Counted from the stretch's first letter, positions 44,301 to 60,400 are shown. The stretch is 64,000 bases of DNA from Blastocystis sp. Blastoise (GCA_039096225.1 JBBPEB010000007.1:868001-932000), one strand, 5' to 3'. Numbers and translations: made by a program. The notes: generated by a model not told the origin, from the letters alone.

Positions 44301-47043
44301 ACTTCTTTTAATCAAGAATATTATTTCTCTTTTAATAATGAGAATTCTTATTCTATATATAGAATAACTATACAATCTTGTTCAAGATCTATTGAAGATT
44401 CTTCATGTATTTCTCTTGGATTTCAACTAAGTGAATGGATGCTTACTCTTGATACTCTTTCTTATTGTGAAGATAATTATGGAGATCTAACGATTCCTTA
44501 TGGTCATTTCACATTATTCCCATGCTTATCTTGTGAATATGGATATATATTAAAACAATGTTTAGGTAATAATGAATATAATATTCTTTATGAGTCATGT
44601 AATGCATCTCTTCCTTCTTCTTTCTATTATTCTTACGAATATAGTTTATATCCTACTTCTATTACTAATACAACTCAAGGAATATCTCCTTCTTCTCCTT
44701 TTCTTTTTTATCGTTATATATCGATATCTCCTCTTTATCCTTCTATTTCTATATGTAATGCTACTTATACGAATATTACAAATCTACCTGATGGACTTTA
44801 TTTAAATCCAAATACAGGAATAATCACGGGAATACCGGAATATACAGAAACATCTGTTATGATACCTATACTTCTTACTACATTAAATAGTAGTTCCTAT
44901 GCTACTCTTTATATATCTATAACAGAACATTATTGTCAAGCTATTGATGAATGGCCATTAACAATTCCAGGAAATGTTGTAACAATATTATGTGAGGATC
45001 CTTTTCTTTATTATGGAACCCAAATAAGATCATGTATAGAAGATACTTTATCTCCTTATTGGGGTCCAATAGTAAATAATTGTACATATTATGCACCAAT
45101 ATTAGAATATCCAGAAATATTTATTGGTAGAATAGGTGTTGAATATTTATTACCTCCTCAAATTTATAGTGGATATTATACAAATATTACTTTTATACCT
45201 TCTTTACCTGATACTATTACTTTTAATTCTACTACTTTTGATATTACTATAATATCTAATGAATATATAGGTCAACAATTTTTAATTAATATAAGTAATC
45301 CCTATATATATTCTTTATCAAAGTTAGTGATATCTATAAGAGATATGGATAATTTGAATATATGTCATTATATTGATCCTTTTCCTGTAGGTCTTCCAAA
45401 TATGACAATTAGTGTGTCATGTGAGGATCCTCTTCATTATAAGGGATCTTTAACACGAACATGTATTTTTAGTAGTTCTGAAAGTCCTAAATGGAGTAAT
45501 ATTACTAGTACATGTCAACCTTTACTTCCTCGATTACTTTATAGTTCTTCTTTAAATGGGTATACAAATCATTATATTAATATATTAACACCTTATATTA
45601 TATCTTTACCTCCACATATATTAACTATAACTCCTTCACTTCCTATATCTATGACATTTGATAGAAATACTGGTGCTATTAGTGGATATACTACTATAGC
45701 TATTATAGGTTATTATATTGTCTCTATTACAGATACAATAGGAACAACTGAATATTCTTTATATATACATATAACAGCACCTTATTGTGAAACAGATAAT
45801 ATATGGCCAGAAACACAAGTTGGGCAAGTTGCAATTATTCCATGTGAAGATTCTGTGCATTATACTGGGCAACAGTCACGTGAATGCCGTTTAGATGTAA
45901 CTCCTTATTGGTCAATAGCTGTAGATCATTGTTTGTTGAATCCTCCTCTTATTTCATATCCTTCTTCATCATTAACAGGATATGTAGGACAATTTATTCA
46001 GCCATTTATTCCTATTTCATCAGGACTTAATTTATCTGATTTTACTATTGAACCTATATTAAAGAATGGCTTAGTTTTTGATAATAAAACAGGTATTATT
46101 GAAGGTATACCATTTCAAAGAGATAGTTCTTTATATACGATATCTATAAAGAATCCTGTAGGAATAGGTAAGGTATCTATATATATATCAATAACTATGT
46201 TAACATGTACTAAAGAAGATGATTGGGTATATAGTTATGAAAATTCTACTCTTTATTTATGGTGTGGAGATGGATATATAGGTACTATGCAAAGAACATG
46301 TAAAAGTTATTCTAATGAAACTACTTATTGGAGTGATATATATAAGGATAATTGTATACCAATAACAAATGATCAATCGACAAATACATATTATATTCTT
46401 CTTCCTTTAATTGTATATTTTTTAATTATATTTTATTATTATTTATTTTGAATAGTATTGTTATGTAGTTTATTTTATATTATTTTATTTTTTTTAAGAT
46501 TATTATAAATAATTAATTCTATAATAATAATATTATTTATAGATACAAGGTATATCGATGAATTCTTTTACAATTCCAAGTGTATATGAACATTTCCGTG
46601 CTATTCTTTATCATTCTTTATCTTATTTAATAATAAATACAAAAGATCTCTATATATTAACCATATCTATTATTCGTGAAGAGACAGTATTTGTTTCTCC
46701 TATAATTCAAGTAGTTATTAAGATTATTACTGATTCAACAAGTGGAACTCAAATTATGAATGATATATATACAAATATATCAAAGAATCCTAATTACTTC
46801 TACCAATTATTTAATACTACTGATGATGTATATTTACAAAAAATAGGAAATATTGAAGTTGATAATGATAATTTTTATTTATATAGTCCACAATCATATT
46901 TATGGATTTATATTATCATTAGTATTATTCTTATTATATTATGTATACTTGCTATTTATTATTCTATTAATATTTATAATCATCGTATTAACGTTAGAAA
47001 ACAAAATCATGTAGATTTAGTTAAAAATAGTGATGTATATTAG
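38319..47043 (+). CDS. Very large type-I membrane/surface protein with galactose-binding/discoidin-like modules, putative Ig (He_PIG-like) and Cys/Trp (HRM-like) repeats
   Basis: Signal peptide MMLCSFVALLCLLTIISS. Repeats LPxGLxxxxxTGxIxGxP and CxxxxxWPxTxxGxxxxxxC...GxxxRxC...W...C. C-terminal TM YLWIYIIISIILIILCILAIYY. All introns GT-AG. Confidence 0.85.
39631..39911. repeat. ~7 x 38-bp AT-rich intronic minisatellite
   Basis: Unit ATCTTATTATATAATATATTTTAATTATTATAAAATAT, period 38. Confidence 0.9.
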
Positions 47044-47875
47044 GTAAATAAAATTTTATTTATGTGTTATTTATTTTTTGTAATATATTTTTCTTTCTTT
47101 TTTAAATGTTTATTGTTTTGAGAAATTTCATCATTTGTCTCTGATTCTATCTGTGCTTAAATAAAAGATTGTTTTGTTTCTGATTCAAGAATTCGAATCA
47201 TTCTCCAAGAGTTCATTAATTTAAAGAATAATATTTTTTTTTCTTTATTAGAAGATTATTACTGTTTATAAAAAGAATCATACCTCAAATATAAGTGACA
47301 TTTAATTGAAAAACACTATGAAAAAGTGCTTCGTTTTAAGCAGATTGACGTGATTCATAAAGATTGATAGTCATTTATGTGTGTGAAAACGTCAACAGTG
47401 GCTTATCGTGACACGGAGTTTGAAAAAGTTGTTATTCAATTGCTTTTTTTCGTGATTTTTAGAGATTTTTATGGATACTAGAATCAGATATTGACTATAG
47501 AAATATCATATAAAAATGGTTGTTTGATATTAACAAAAAACGAAAACACATTGTCGTTAAATCTGTTGGAAGAATCTCCTGCTCATCATATTGTTGTTCT
47601 AGATTAAAACACAACAGATAAAGGGGGTAAATTCTTCTTCTTAATAAAATCATACATAAATAAATTTTTTACACCCCTGGTTAAAAAGTCTAAGCGTTTT
47701 TTTTTCTAGTGTTTAAGTTGTCGGAAATTTATTGATATTCAAGTGAATTTGATTCCAAATGAGATGACTGAGCGTTTTGAGCATCTTGTGTATTTATCAG
47801 AATACAATTTCTTAATTATTTTTTTGTTTTCGTTATACAGTGATATTCTAAGTCCTTTGATTATATCAAGAAAAT

Positions 47876-48376
47876 ATGAATAAGAGTATGTGAATTATAA
47901 ACTGAATAAATTTATATGAATATAATGCATTTATTTCTATAGTTGGTTTGTTCTTATGTTTTGTTGCGTTATGCTCTGGTATATAAATTAAATGCATTCA
48001 TGTCTATATTGTTCACTCAATTCTATAGCTTTTGATCCTAATTACATTATGAAGTTAGGTCAAGAATCTATGAGAGTAAGTTTATAATTTGGTTATAATA
48101 AGTCTTATATGTTTTATTTCATTAAAAGAATATTAAATTATTTTAAATCAATGTATATAATTAAATATCTTATATAGAAAATTGCTGAGTACATTAAAGT
48201 TGATGATAAATTCCCTTGTAATACTAATAATGGAGATGTTGTTGAAGATTATGTTCATTATAATTATCATGCTTCTTGGGATTGGGTTAGTGGCTTTTAT
48301 GGTGCTGAATTATGGCAAGTATATTTTTATATTTTTTTTTTGAATTATTTATTGTGTTTATATATATTTATTTATT

Positions 48377-48411
<35 letters not shown>

Positions 48412-48946
48412 GTTTATTTATTTATTATATATATATATTGTGTTTATTTATTTATTATATATATATAGATGTACGAATTTACTCATGAAGAAGAATGGAA
48501 GGAATTAGCTATTAAATATACTGCTAAGATGGCTAAAGAAGCTAATAATACTGGTATATACTATAATAATTAATGATATATGTTTTAAAAGAATCATATT
48601 AGGTTGTTATATTTATATATGTTTATATTTATATTTATATATATCTAGGTACCCACGATTTAGGTTTTATGGTAGGTTATCCTTTCCAACGTGCTTATAA
48701 GTTAACTGGTATTTATTATATTATTATTATTATTATATTTATTATATAGGTAATGAAGAATATAAGAAAGTTGTTCTTCAAGCTGCTAAATCTCTTGCGT
48801 ATATATATAAGAATAATAATAAAAATTATTATTTTTATAAATACTAACATATTAATATATAGTTCTCGTTATGATAGTAGAGTTGGTTTAATTCGTAGTT
48901 GGGGTGCTAAGACTGATAAGGAATTCCAAGTTATTGTTGATAATCT

Positions 48947-48993
<47 letters not shown>

Positions 48994-49883
48994 TTGTTAT
49001 TGCTTATATTTATAGGAATCTTGATATGTTATTCTGGGCTACTAAGATGGGTGGTGATAATGTATATATATAATAATAATAATAATAAATATATTTATAT
49101 AGTTTGTTGATTTATCTATTCATCATTTGAACAGAACTATTACTGATTTCTTAAGAGCTGATTATTCTCATTATCATGAAGTTATTTATGAAACTGCTAC
49201 TGGTAAACTTCTTCGTAAAGCTAATCCTCAAGGTAAAGCTACTGAGACTACATGGGCTAGAGGTCAGGCTTGGGGTGTTTATGGATTCTTTGAATCTTAT
49301 AAATGGACTGGTGATAAGAGATATCTTGAAACTGCTTTAGCTATGGGTGAATGGTTTATGAGTCATCTTCCTGAAGATCATGTATATATATATATATATA
49401 TTATATAATAATATTTTTTTATAAATATTATTATTATCTATTTTTAGGTTCCTTTATGGGATTATGATGCTGATGAAAACGATCGTAAATATATATTATA
49501 TAATAATAATAATAATATTTATATATATATAGCTCGTGATAGTTCTTCTGCTGCTATTGTTGCTTCTGCTTATCTTGATATTTATGAAGAAACTAAGGTA
49601 TTTATTAATTGATATACTAATATAATCAAAATAAATTTATTATAAATAAGAGTTTACTTATTAAATATTTTTTTTATAGGATGAAAAGTATAAACAATAT
49701 GCTTTTGAACTTCTTGAAGCTCTTTCTACTGATAAATACTTAGCTGATCCTGCTACTCACGATAATCTTCTTAATCATGGTACCGTTAACTTACCTGGTA
49801 AAGTCTATGATAATGGTATTATTTATGGTGATTTCTATTTCATGGAAGCTTGTAAGAAAGTTATTGAAAGAAAATTATTATAA
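47876..49883 (+). CDS. GH88 unsaturated glucuronyl hydrolase, secreted, 12 introns
   Basis: WVSGFYGAELW, THDLGF, IRSWG, VIVDNLMNL, TWARGQAWGVYGF, PLWDY, RDSSSAAI, IYGDFYFMEA. N-terminal signal peptide. Confidence 0.93.
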
Positions 49884-50390
49884 ATTCTTTTATAATAATT
49901 TTAACACACTATTTTTAAAATAGTATTCATGCTGATTTAACTTTGTTTAATGATCGTGAATTTTCATTATTTTGTTTTGCTTTTTAATTTAAATTGAACA
50001 ATTAACACATATGAATAGTAAATGAAACTATATAGTGAATCAATAATTAGATTTTCTATCAATAATGAAGTTATTTATTAATTATAAAATGAATTACAAA
50101 AATTGACTCTATTATTCTATATTCCCATGAATCTGACAAACCTATCAACTCTCAGTAAAAACCAATAAAAAACGAAGAAAATAAACCACAATTCATCTGC
50201 TTTTTATTGTTATTTAACTTCGTTTTTTATACTTTATCTGACTGGCTAGAATCGTGAAAATGTCCAATGGAATCGTTATTTCTATTTAACAAGTTTTACA
50301 AATTTCTATTGAAGACGACACCAACTCCTTGTTATGACTTTTTTTAATTGACTCTTCATTCCTAAATATTCTTCTTTAAAAACAATTACG

Positions 50391-51781
50391 ATGATTTCTA
50401 TATTCAAATTTGCTACATCACTTGTTCTATGTTGTTTTCTTATAGCTTACTTTAACAAAAGCTATTTTTCTGAAAGTATTTACAGTTTTTATTTTTTTTT
50501 CACATATATTTAGATTCTAATGTATCCGCTATCAATGGATCTATCGATGAAAATAGCTCTCAAACTGCAAAACAGGTTTTTCGTATGACGTCATTAATCA
50601 TTCATATTCTTATTTTATCTTAATAGAAGAAACTCTAATGTCTTCTGGCTTTGGTAAACACACAGACAGTGATTCTTTAGCTTGTATTTATAATATTTTT
50701 AATTTTTTAAATAAAACCTTTTACGAATTTCACTTTTTTTAAAGCATCCATATTTATTTACTTCTTTAAATACCTCTATTAATACTATATTTCTATAGCA
50801 ACTATTAAGAGAAGACTTCGTTCTGTATCTTTAGTCGATAGTATCTTTGAACAACCTAGTGAAGTTCCTACTCCTTCTGAATGTGATCAAATTGGTGTAT
50901 TTAGTTATATTTTTTGTAATCAAGAAACTACAAATCCTTCTATATTTCAAACTGTTGAAGTTGGTCAACGTGTTATTAATGAACAAAATCTCATTTCAAG
51001 ACATCCTCTTACTATTAAGATGGTTAATACACCTTCTATATTAATTGCTGATGAGACAACTCAAGAAACTGTTGAAATAGCTAAAATTAATATAGATGTA
51101 AATACTAAATTTACTTTTTATTCTCTCCCTCGTGTACGTGGTAAAACAAATATCTTTCAAAATACTGATCTTCTTTTTCTTGTAGATTCTTTTTCTCATA
51201 ATAGTGAAAGAAGAAATAATTTACGTCATTTATTTAATCAATATAAGAAAGATTTTAGTTATAGTGCAAATATGAGATTATTATTTGTAAGTGGTATAGA
51301 GCCATTTTATAAGAATACTTTATCTGTATTAAAAGATGAACAAGAAGAATATAATGATATGATTATACCTAATATAGTAGATACTACATTTAATCATACT
51401 CTTAAAAATATATTAATACAAGATTTATATACTCTTTATGAAGGTAATGCTAAATATATACTTATTTGTGATGATATCTCATTTCCTTCTTTTGAAGTTA
51501 TTTCTCAAATATTAGATTATAAACAACATCATGTATTTATTGGAGAACAAATGAAAGTATCTATGCATATACCTGAAGATAATTCAAATGATTCATTTAC
51601 TAAATTACAATCTTTATTAACACCTACTTGTCTTGAAAATTCATTATTACCTTGTTCTCAATTTATTGCTAACGATAATTTCTTATTTACTTCTCCTACA
51701 TTCTTTTATTCTAATGATGTTATTTATATAAATATGCTTCAATTACTTATTACCGATAGTATTACTATTAATGATAATTAA
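50391..51781 (+). CDS. GT31 (beta-1,3-galactosyltransferase)-like type II membrane protein, degenerate or truncated
   Basis: N-terminal anchor. LLFLVDS...RRNNLR, LLFVSG, LKDEQEEYNDMI..NIVDTTFNHTLKN, KYILICDDISF. Confidence 0.7.
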
Positions 51782-53621
51782 TATATATTTTTATTTAGAT
51801 TTTTATTTTTATTTTTATTTTTAATATTTCATTTATTTTTATTTTTAATATTTCATTTATTTTTATTTTTAATATTTCATTTATTTTTAATGTTTCATTA
51901 TTTTTTATTTAAATATTTCATTTATTTTTTTTTTTATTTATATATATACTTATTTCAATTTTCAAGTCATTTATTCCTATTTGTTTATAATAATAATATA
52001 TATGTTAATTCTATATATTTCTTCCATATCCTTTCTCTTATCTTCTATTAATTATTTATATATAAATAGAAATTCTATATCTATATTATTATTATTTTAT
52101 ATTGTTTTTCTTCTAGATTTATCGATTTATTACTTTTTTTTTTTAATATTTTACTAATACATTTCTGTATTCTCTGTATATATATATTCATTTATTTTCA
52201 TTTATTTTATTTCTTTAGGTCTTTTCTTTTTTATTTTAAAAACAAAAATCACTCTTTATTATATAATGAATATATTTATTTTTATTAGAAATATAAGATA
52301 TTTTTTTTTCTTTTAATGTTTCTAATCAAAAAAATATTATTATTCTTCATTTCTATTATATATCTATAGATATCTTATTTATTTTTCTTTTTATTATTTT
52401 AGAATCTTTCATCTTTTTCATATCTATTATACTATATTTCATTTCCTATTCTTTTTCTCCTTCTATATCATATATATTCTTTTTTTTGTATATTTTTATA
52501 ATTAATAGTATAAATACCTTTTTTTTTTTTAATTCTGTACCCTATTTCTCTTCTCTCTTTAATAATGTCATATTCTATTCTATATTGTTGTATTGTATCT
52601 CTTTTTATAGCTATATTTATTTGCAATAATAAATATATATATATTTTTTAATAATAATATAAATTCATTCCAATTTAACATTTCACCTTATTCGTGTGTA
52701 CTTTTTTTTTTATGACATTATATCTATATATAATTCCCTTTATTTGTTTTATTTTTCAACATGATAATAGAAACAAATATATTTTTAACTATTTTTTTTT
52801 CTTCTTTCTATATACACTTTTTTTTTTCTAAATTATATTTATCTCTTTAATGTATGTCCCTTTTATTACTATCTTATTCTTTTCTTTCTTTTTCTTTTGT
52901 TATATTTCATATTTGATTTGAATATTATAAATAGTATAATATTCAGAGTATTGCTATGAATATGAAATAATACAAAATACATTTCCTAATAGAAACAGAT
53001 TCTCTTTTTTTTTTATTTTAAATTTTAATAATTTTTATATCATTATATTTAGAATAACTTAAGCTTATATTCCCCATTTTCCTTACTTTTTATTTTTAAT
53101 TTCTATTCTTTTTATTTTTTTTATTTGTATCCTGCATTATATATTGCTTTATTTCTGTATTCTTTAAATATATATATATATATATTAATAACATGCCATT
53201 AGTATATATATTACAATATGTCTATTCATAAATGAATAGATCAATTGTATTCGTTTCGTTATTTTTCTATCATTCTTTTTTTTTAAACTATATATTTTAA
53301 TCTATATTAATATTCAAATACTATTTGTTTATATATTTAGGTATTGTTCTGTTTATATAAAGTTATATAATTATATTTGCTTATGTTTAAGCTAAATTTA
53401 CTCTTTGAATCTTTATTTGAAATTTTTTTTTTTTAAATATTTAAGAGTATTATTCTATCACTTTTTTCAATATTTTATATATTGATTCTATATTCTTTGT
53501 CGTTAAACATTGTTTTGTTTTTATTATTATTATAATTAATTGAATCATTTAACAATAATAATATTTAAAATAGAATATTTCTTTAAAAAAAAAATAATTA
53601 TTAGTAAATCACAGTTTATAT

Positions 53622-55871
53622 TTATTTAAATAAATGAATTATTTTGACCATTTGTTCTAATCTCTTTTCAACTTGGTCACATTCATATAAACTTCTTTGT
53701 TCGTAAGGAGATAAACGTGAAGAAATCACAGATAATAACCAATAAGAATAATGTGAATAATTAAATCCAGGTTGTTCAATATATTTATTAAGTTTAATTC
53801 CATTATATTGTTTTTTATTATTTTCCATAAATGTATATAAAGATTGAGATCCTGATTGACGAATAATATACTCTAATTGGTCTTCATTTAATATCCATTG
53901 AATCTATATACATATATATATAATTAAATTTATAATACTAATATTTTTTTAATATATATAATATACAAAATTATTACACGCTTTTGTTAATTGTTTAATT
54001 GAATCGGTATGTATACCTATATAATAATAGTATTATTTATTTCTTATTGGTAATTATAAGTAATAGCTATTAAGAACAAAAAATATTATAATAAAAAAAA
54101 AATTCTAATAAAAAGAAGAGAATATATATTATATAATTAAAAAAGAATAAAGAATATAAAATAAAGAATATTATATAAATAAATATATAATATATACTAT
54201 CATCTATATCTCTAACTATTTGCACATGTTGCGAAGAGGGATTATAAATGGATGATTGAGGAGACATCACGTGATTATTATATAACAAAGAAGAATGATT
54301 TGATGATGATGATGAAATAGTATTGTTAATAATATCATTTGAATAACGTGAAGAATTCTTATATTTATATTTATCTATCATTTCAAATTCTACAATACAA
54401 CTATAAGAAATAGAATATATTTGATATATATATATATATAATAAACATCATTATATATATAATAAACATCATTATATATATATACTTTCCATCTTCTTCA
54501 TAGAATTGAATATTTGATAATAATCCAATAACACCCTGTGATGGAATACTATTCTGCTGAAATCCAATAAGAAGAGGATCTTTTGAATGTATAATTGAAG
54601 ATAATAAAAATCGTTCTGCTGGTGTATATATACAAAAAGAATATTTTGTATTTGGATAATAATAAGAAGGATAAGAAGGAAAAGGACGATTTGTATATAT
54701 AGTAGAAGGATAAATAGGAATATCAATCTCAGTTGATATATCTATATATATATATATATATAATATATATAATATAATAAAATGTATATATATATATAGT
54801 TTAAAAAGTTATAAAGTTTTATTATAGTTGAAACATTTTATATAATATATATATATATATATATATTATAGGATGATGATGCTAATACAGAAAAAGATTT
54901 TGGAGCTACTTCTGGTAAATTAAATATATATATATATACATCATTATATTTATTTTATATACTATAATAATATACTTAAATAATAATTTTCCCCATTTAT
55001 TTGTACATTTAAATTCTGTTATATAATTAGATAAAAATGTATTTTCTAAAATAGGTATAATTTCTGTGGATTCTATTGGTTGATGTATACAATAACCGCA
55101 AATATATTCACTTTGTAAAGAATGATAGGATTGAGATATAGAAGGGATTCTATATATATATATATATAGTATTATATAAAGTATTAATAAATAAAAGATA
55201 TAGAATAATTAGTATTGAGTATAAGTCAATAGTGAACACACTAACTATATTAATACTTATAAAAACAATATTATATATATATACTTTGGATTTAACATAA
55301 ATAAAATATCTTTTTCATTTGAATATTTTTCAATATAATCATATATCTATATAATAATAAAAAAACACACTATTATTGTAAATATATGTATTTATATATA
55401 TATATCACTATTATTACTATATAAACGAGAAGAAAATAAAATAACAGGATATTCTGGATGATTATTAGTTATCTTATTCATTAATAATTGTATATCCATA
55501 TCACGTGTTTCTTTCTCTGTATAAAAGAATGAATGACATAAATTCTTATTTATTTGAACTTCTTGAATTGTTGTTTTATTCTTTAATGATGGATAGAAGG
55601 CTACTAAACCATTTAGTCTCTTATATATTTGTTCAATCTCTGAATAATCAGTAGTAGCTGGATTATATTGGACATATTGAAGGTATTCTCCATCTAAGCT
55701 ATTTTTAGACATTCTTTTTTGTGAAATCATTTGATAAAGAGAACTAAACTCAATGGAATTACTTACTAAAAAACGTTTATATGATCCTATCATAGGATTA
55801 CTATAATTCATTTATATAAATAGAACATATATGACATACAGTAATCGAAATCTAGCTAATCTGGTGATCAT
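53622..55871 (-). CDS. LON peptidase substrate-binding (PUA-like) domain protein, possibly MRO-targeted, multi-exon
   Basis: Start MITRLARFRLL. IPIYP...YYPNTKYSFCIYTPAERFLL...GVIGLLSNIQFYEEDGK. C-terminal SYWLLSVI...LSPYEQRSLYECDQVEKRLEQM. Some exon borders uncertain. Confidence 0.55.
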
Positions 55872-57424
55872 CTTTTATTGAATTCTATATTTATAAATAT
55901 GAAATACACAATGCAATTAGTTAATAAATGATATTCATGTACTTTAATACAAAAGAAGAAAAGAAAAAAAAATTGAAAACTCGATTCACGATTAATAATG
56001 AAATAACAGTCGTTTTCATTCATATTCTCATTCTGAACTGTCTCTTTTTTTTTGCCTAATCCTTCTTTTTTTTTTAAATGTATTTTTCATGAGTGAAATG
56101 AGCGCAGATGAATATTATAATGAAGCCATGAAATTACAATCTACTCGAAATGAGATTTCTGTGAAAAACATGAGTTAATATTTTGGGTTTAACTAATTGT
56201 ATATATAAAACATAGCTTTAATGTAAAATTAACTATCGCTATAAAATCCACACGTCTCTAAAACATAAATAATGGAATTTTTAAATAATAAGAACAAATG
56301 TTACAATTATGAACATGCCAATACCCTAGAATTATTATCCATAAACTATGTATTGAGCCAGCTATAACATATTCCATATATTTAAACAACTTTATTTTTT
56401 TTTAAAATATATATATTTTTTATCTCATCTTTGATCCTATGTCATTTTCTTAATCCACAATATATATATATGATATGATATGAATGTCAAATATTTCATT
56501 AAAGCTATCATTCATTTAAGAAATTGACTTTAAAGCAAGAATTCATAGGATAAACGATTCTTTACTATTGAACAAAACAATAACTTGAATTATTTAAATG
56601 AAAATAGTTAGGAAAATAGGAAAAATTATATAAATTATATGATTAAAAACAAGAAACAAATATATACATATATATATATATATACAGAAAAAAGTATTTA
56701 CCTTATAGACACCAACAATAAAACAGAAATATAGCACAAAAAAAAACGACAACAAATAAATAAAAGGTATATATATATAGATATATATGTAAAACATAAA
56801 ATAAGAAACATTGAATAAAAACAGAAAATGGAACATATATAATTATATATTAACATTTAGGGTACAATAATTGTAAAAATGAAAACATTTGATAATTAAT
56901 TAATAAAGAAAAAAATATATACACATACTACAAATAAAGTAATATAAATATATATATATATATTGAAGATATAAATGAAAATAAAACAATTAGAAACATA
57001 AAATGAGAAAAAAAAAGAAAATTATTTATATACATAGAATATTATGAAAACAAAGAAATGTGATTTTATTTGGAAATAATTTAATAAAAAATATATATTT
57101 ATAATGAAAAAAAAAATGAAAAAGTTAAAAAAAATGAATATTTATCAAACACGCATATATATAAATATATATCTAGAAAAAAATGTTTGACAACGATTAT
57201 ATATATAATACAAATTGAATATTTTGTATAAGTAATGAAAAAAAAACAATAATAACACATATAGATAAAAACAATATATAACATATATATACATACTGTA
57301 AATATAAATCAAGTTATATAAAATGTTTATATATAACTATATTTAAAAAAAATACGTCTCATATAATATGTAATATATATAAAGCAATTAAATATATATA
57401 TAAAGATACCCATAAGAAGAAAGT

Positions 57425-60400
57425 TTATAATAATGTATCAAATAAATCATTATCTTTAAGTACTGATTGAATAATAGTTTTTTTAGGAATTTGTTTTCTA
57501 AAAATTGATAATATAACATGAAATACAATAATGAATATCATCATAAATATAAAAAAAATGATATAGATCCAAAGTATATGTATATTATTATTATGAGGGG
57601 GAGTAGGATAAGTTATAGAAATAGAGTCTTTATTGTAAAAGAATGAAGAATAACTAAATGATAAAGGAAATTGATGTTGTAGATTCTCAAATAATTGAGA
57701 AGATATATAAGTACATACTAATGTATTTAATAGAGGATAATAAGTAATATTACTTCTTATTCGTATAATGAGTTCTAAAGATAAATCTTTACTATTATTA
57801 TTATTACTAACAGTAGTTCTATTATTATGATTCGTAATATTAGTCACAAGTTTTTGAGTTATAAATATATCATTATATTTAATAAGAGAAGTATTTGTAA
57901 GATATATTAATGAATCCATTATATAACCATATATATTTGCATCTTTTATAATTTCATTTTTATTTATAAATAATAAAGTATGATCTAGAAAGACTTGATC
58001 TGATTCTAAAGAATCTTCTGTGTCACGTTCCAAGCACGTGCCATTATAGATATCAGTCCAAATACCTTGATTATTTCTTCTATTCAATAAACAATCACGA
58101 TATTGAATAGTATGATTATTATTATTACAAAAATGATATAAACGTTCATCTACAAATATTGAATTCCATTCATTATCATCTTCACATCTTGGATTCGTTA
58201 TACTTATAGATATAAATAGAAGAATTGATATAGATGGATTTGATACCATTATTTTATATTCTTTTAATTCTGATAAACACAAAGCTATACCATATAAATT
58301 ACCACTCTTTTTATCTAGTACTAATCCTTTAGGTAAAGAAGGAGTAATACTCCAATCAGTTACATAATTTTGAACAGAAGGTAATATAGATATAGAATCA
58401 TTTATATAGAAAGATAACATACTAGAAGGATAAGATACTATAGGTTGTTTCCATATACAAGAATCAGTTATATTACCCCATAAAGGAGACTCTATTCCTT
58501 GTTGACATGTACGATTTCGATAACCTACCTGATACGGACTTTCACAAGGAACAATAGAATAAGTATCTTCTAATGTTTCAGGCCATATATCAATCGATTT
58601 ACATACTGATTTATAAATAGTAAGAACAATATTATGTTTTTTAACTAAATCTTTATTTGATATAGTAACTATATATTGTTGATTATTTTTAATTTGTTGA
58701 GGAATACCATATATAGAACCTGTTTTATTATCGAAATATAATCCATTAGGTAATGGAGGATATATAGAAAAAGAAGTAGCAATACCAGTTATTATAGGTA
58801 TAAATGTATTTAATTTCATATATTTAAATCTCAAATAAGAAGAAGAAGAATAACTTATTGATAATACAGTATATTTACATGTTTTCTCAATAACTTTCCA
58901 ATTTAAGGATTTTTCATCACATTTTCTTATTTCTGTACCTGACATAGAATACTGTTTACAATCCATCGTTAATGATTGGCCAGGGTATCCATTAGGCCAA
59001 TTAATATCACCAGGACATATAGGATCATGTATTTTAATAGAGAGATCAAAAGATACCATCATTTTATTCTTTGCTTTAATAGTAAAATCATATATATTTG
59101 TAACACTATCACAACTACCAGAAATAGTTCCATTATAAGTATTAAAAGATAATCCAGAAGGTAAAGAATTAGGAGTAATAGACCAAGAAGTAATATTTCC
59201 TGTTGTTATAGGAGATATATTAATATATGTATTTGGTTTAAATACATATATAGAAAAAGGATAAGATAAAGTAATAATAGTATTTTCTAATATACATTGA
59301 TCAATAGGATCTTCCCATTGAGCAGGTATTGTTAATGAACATTTTCTATAAAGAATACCTGTATATCCTTTTGGACAATCATGATATTGTATTGTATTAC
59401 GATAAGCAAATGACCATATACCTTCAGGATAACAATAATTAGAATTAGTAGTATTTATTATAGATAATTCTATAGAAGTAGCTGTATAACCGCCATTATT
59501 AGCAGCTTTAATTATATAAGATTTTCTTTCTATTAATTCTACAGGTTGTCCATAAAGAACCCCTATATTTGGATCTAATAATAATCCATTAGGTAAAGAC
59601 GGAGAAATAGAATAATCAGCATATATAGTATTTATTTGGGGAATAATAGGAAATATAGTTGTATTATATATATAGATATAAAAATCTTGTGGATAACGAA
59701 AAGAAGAAGGTGGAATATATTTACATTGAGAAGTATCTTGTTCTAAGAATTGTCCATAAAAACATATTTGATTAATTAAACCAGTTTGAAATGGGCCACA
59801 GTTAATATTAATAGAATTACCATTTAAAACAACATAAGAATTTGTAGTATCAAAATATGTATCTATAGGAGTTTTATAAAGAGTAGAAATATAAGAAGGA
59901 AATTGATTTATTGTATTTTCTATTAATTTATTATTATTTATATAATATTGTGAATTTTTATTGATATGACAAGTAGAATCATGATTAATTTTTATATTTA
60001 CATCATTATCATCTATATTATAATATTTATTATCATCAATATTATTATATTTATTATCATCAATATTATATTCAATATTATCATCAATAATATAATTTTT
60101 ATTTTCATATAAAGATGATGGAATCTTATGATCATCAATATTCTTTTGAATACAAAAATGTTCATATCGAGTAACAAAAAACTCAATAGCACAAAGATGA
60201 AATGCATTATTATAAAAACTACATATATTTTCATCATCTTTTTCTTCATCATTTAAATTAATATTATTACATTGTACAAAATTAATTCGATATCTATTAT
60301 AAGGATGATCTGGTAATACATAAAATGATTTTGTTTCTTTAGGATGTGTAAATAATATATTTAATTGTATATCTATAGATTCATATACTTTACCATCATT

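Noticed and set aside
54860-54975. Apparent non-canonical splice sites around a small exon of the LON-domain gene
   Set aside because: A fully canonical 23-nt exon (54911-54889) also preserves the frame, so it is not evidence.
56089-56178. Short ORF MSEMSADEYYNEAMKLQSTRNEIS... divergent from the LON-domain gene
   Set aside because: I could not extend it by splicing; too short to support.
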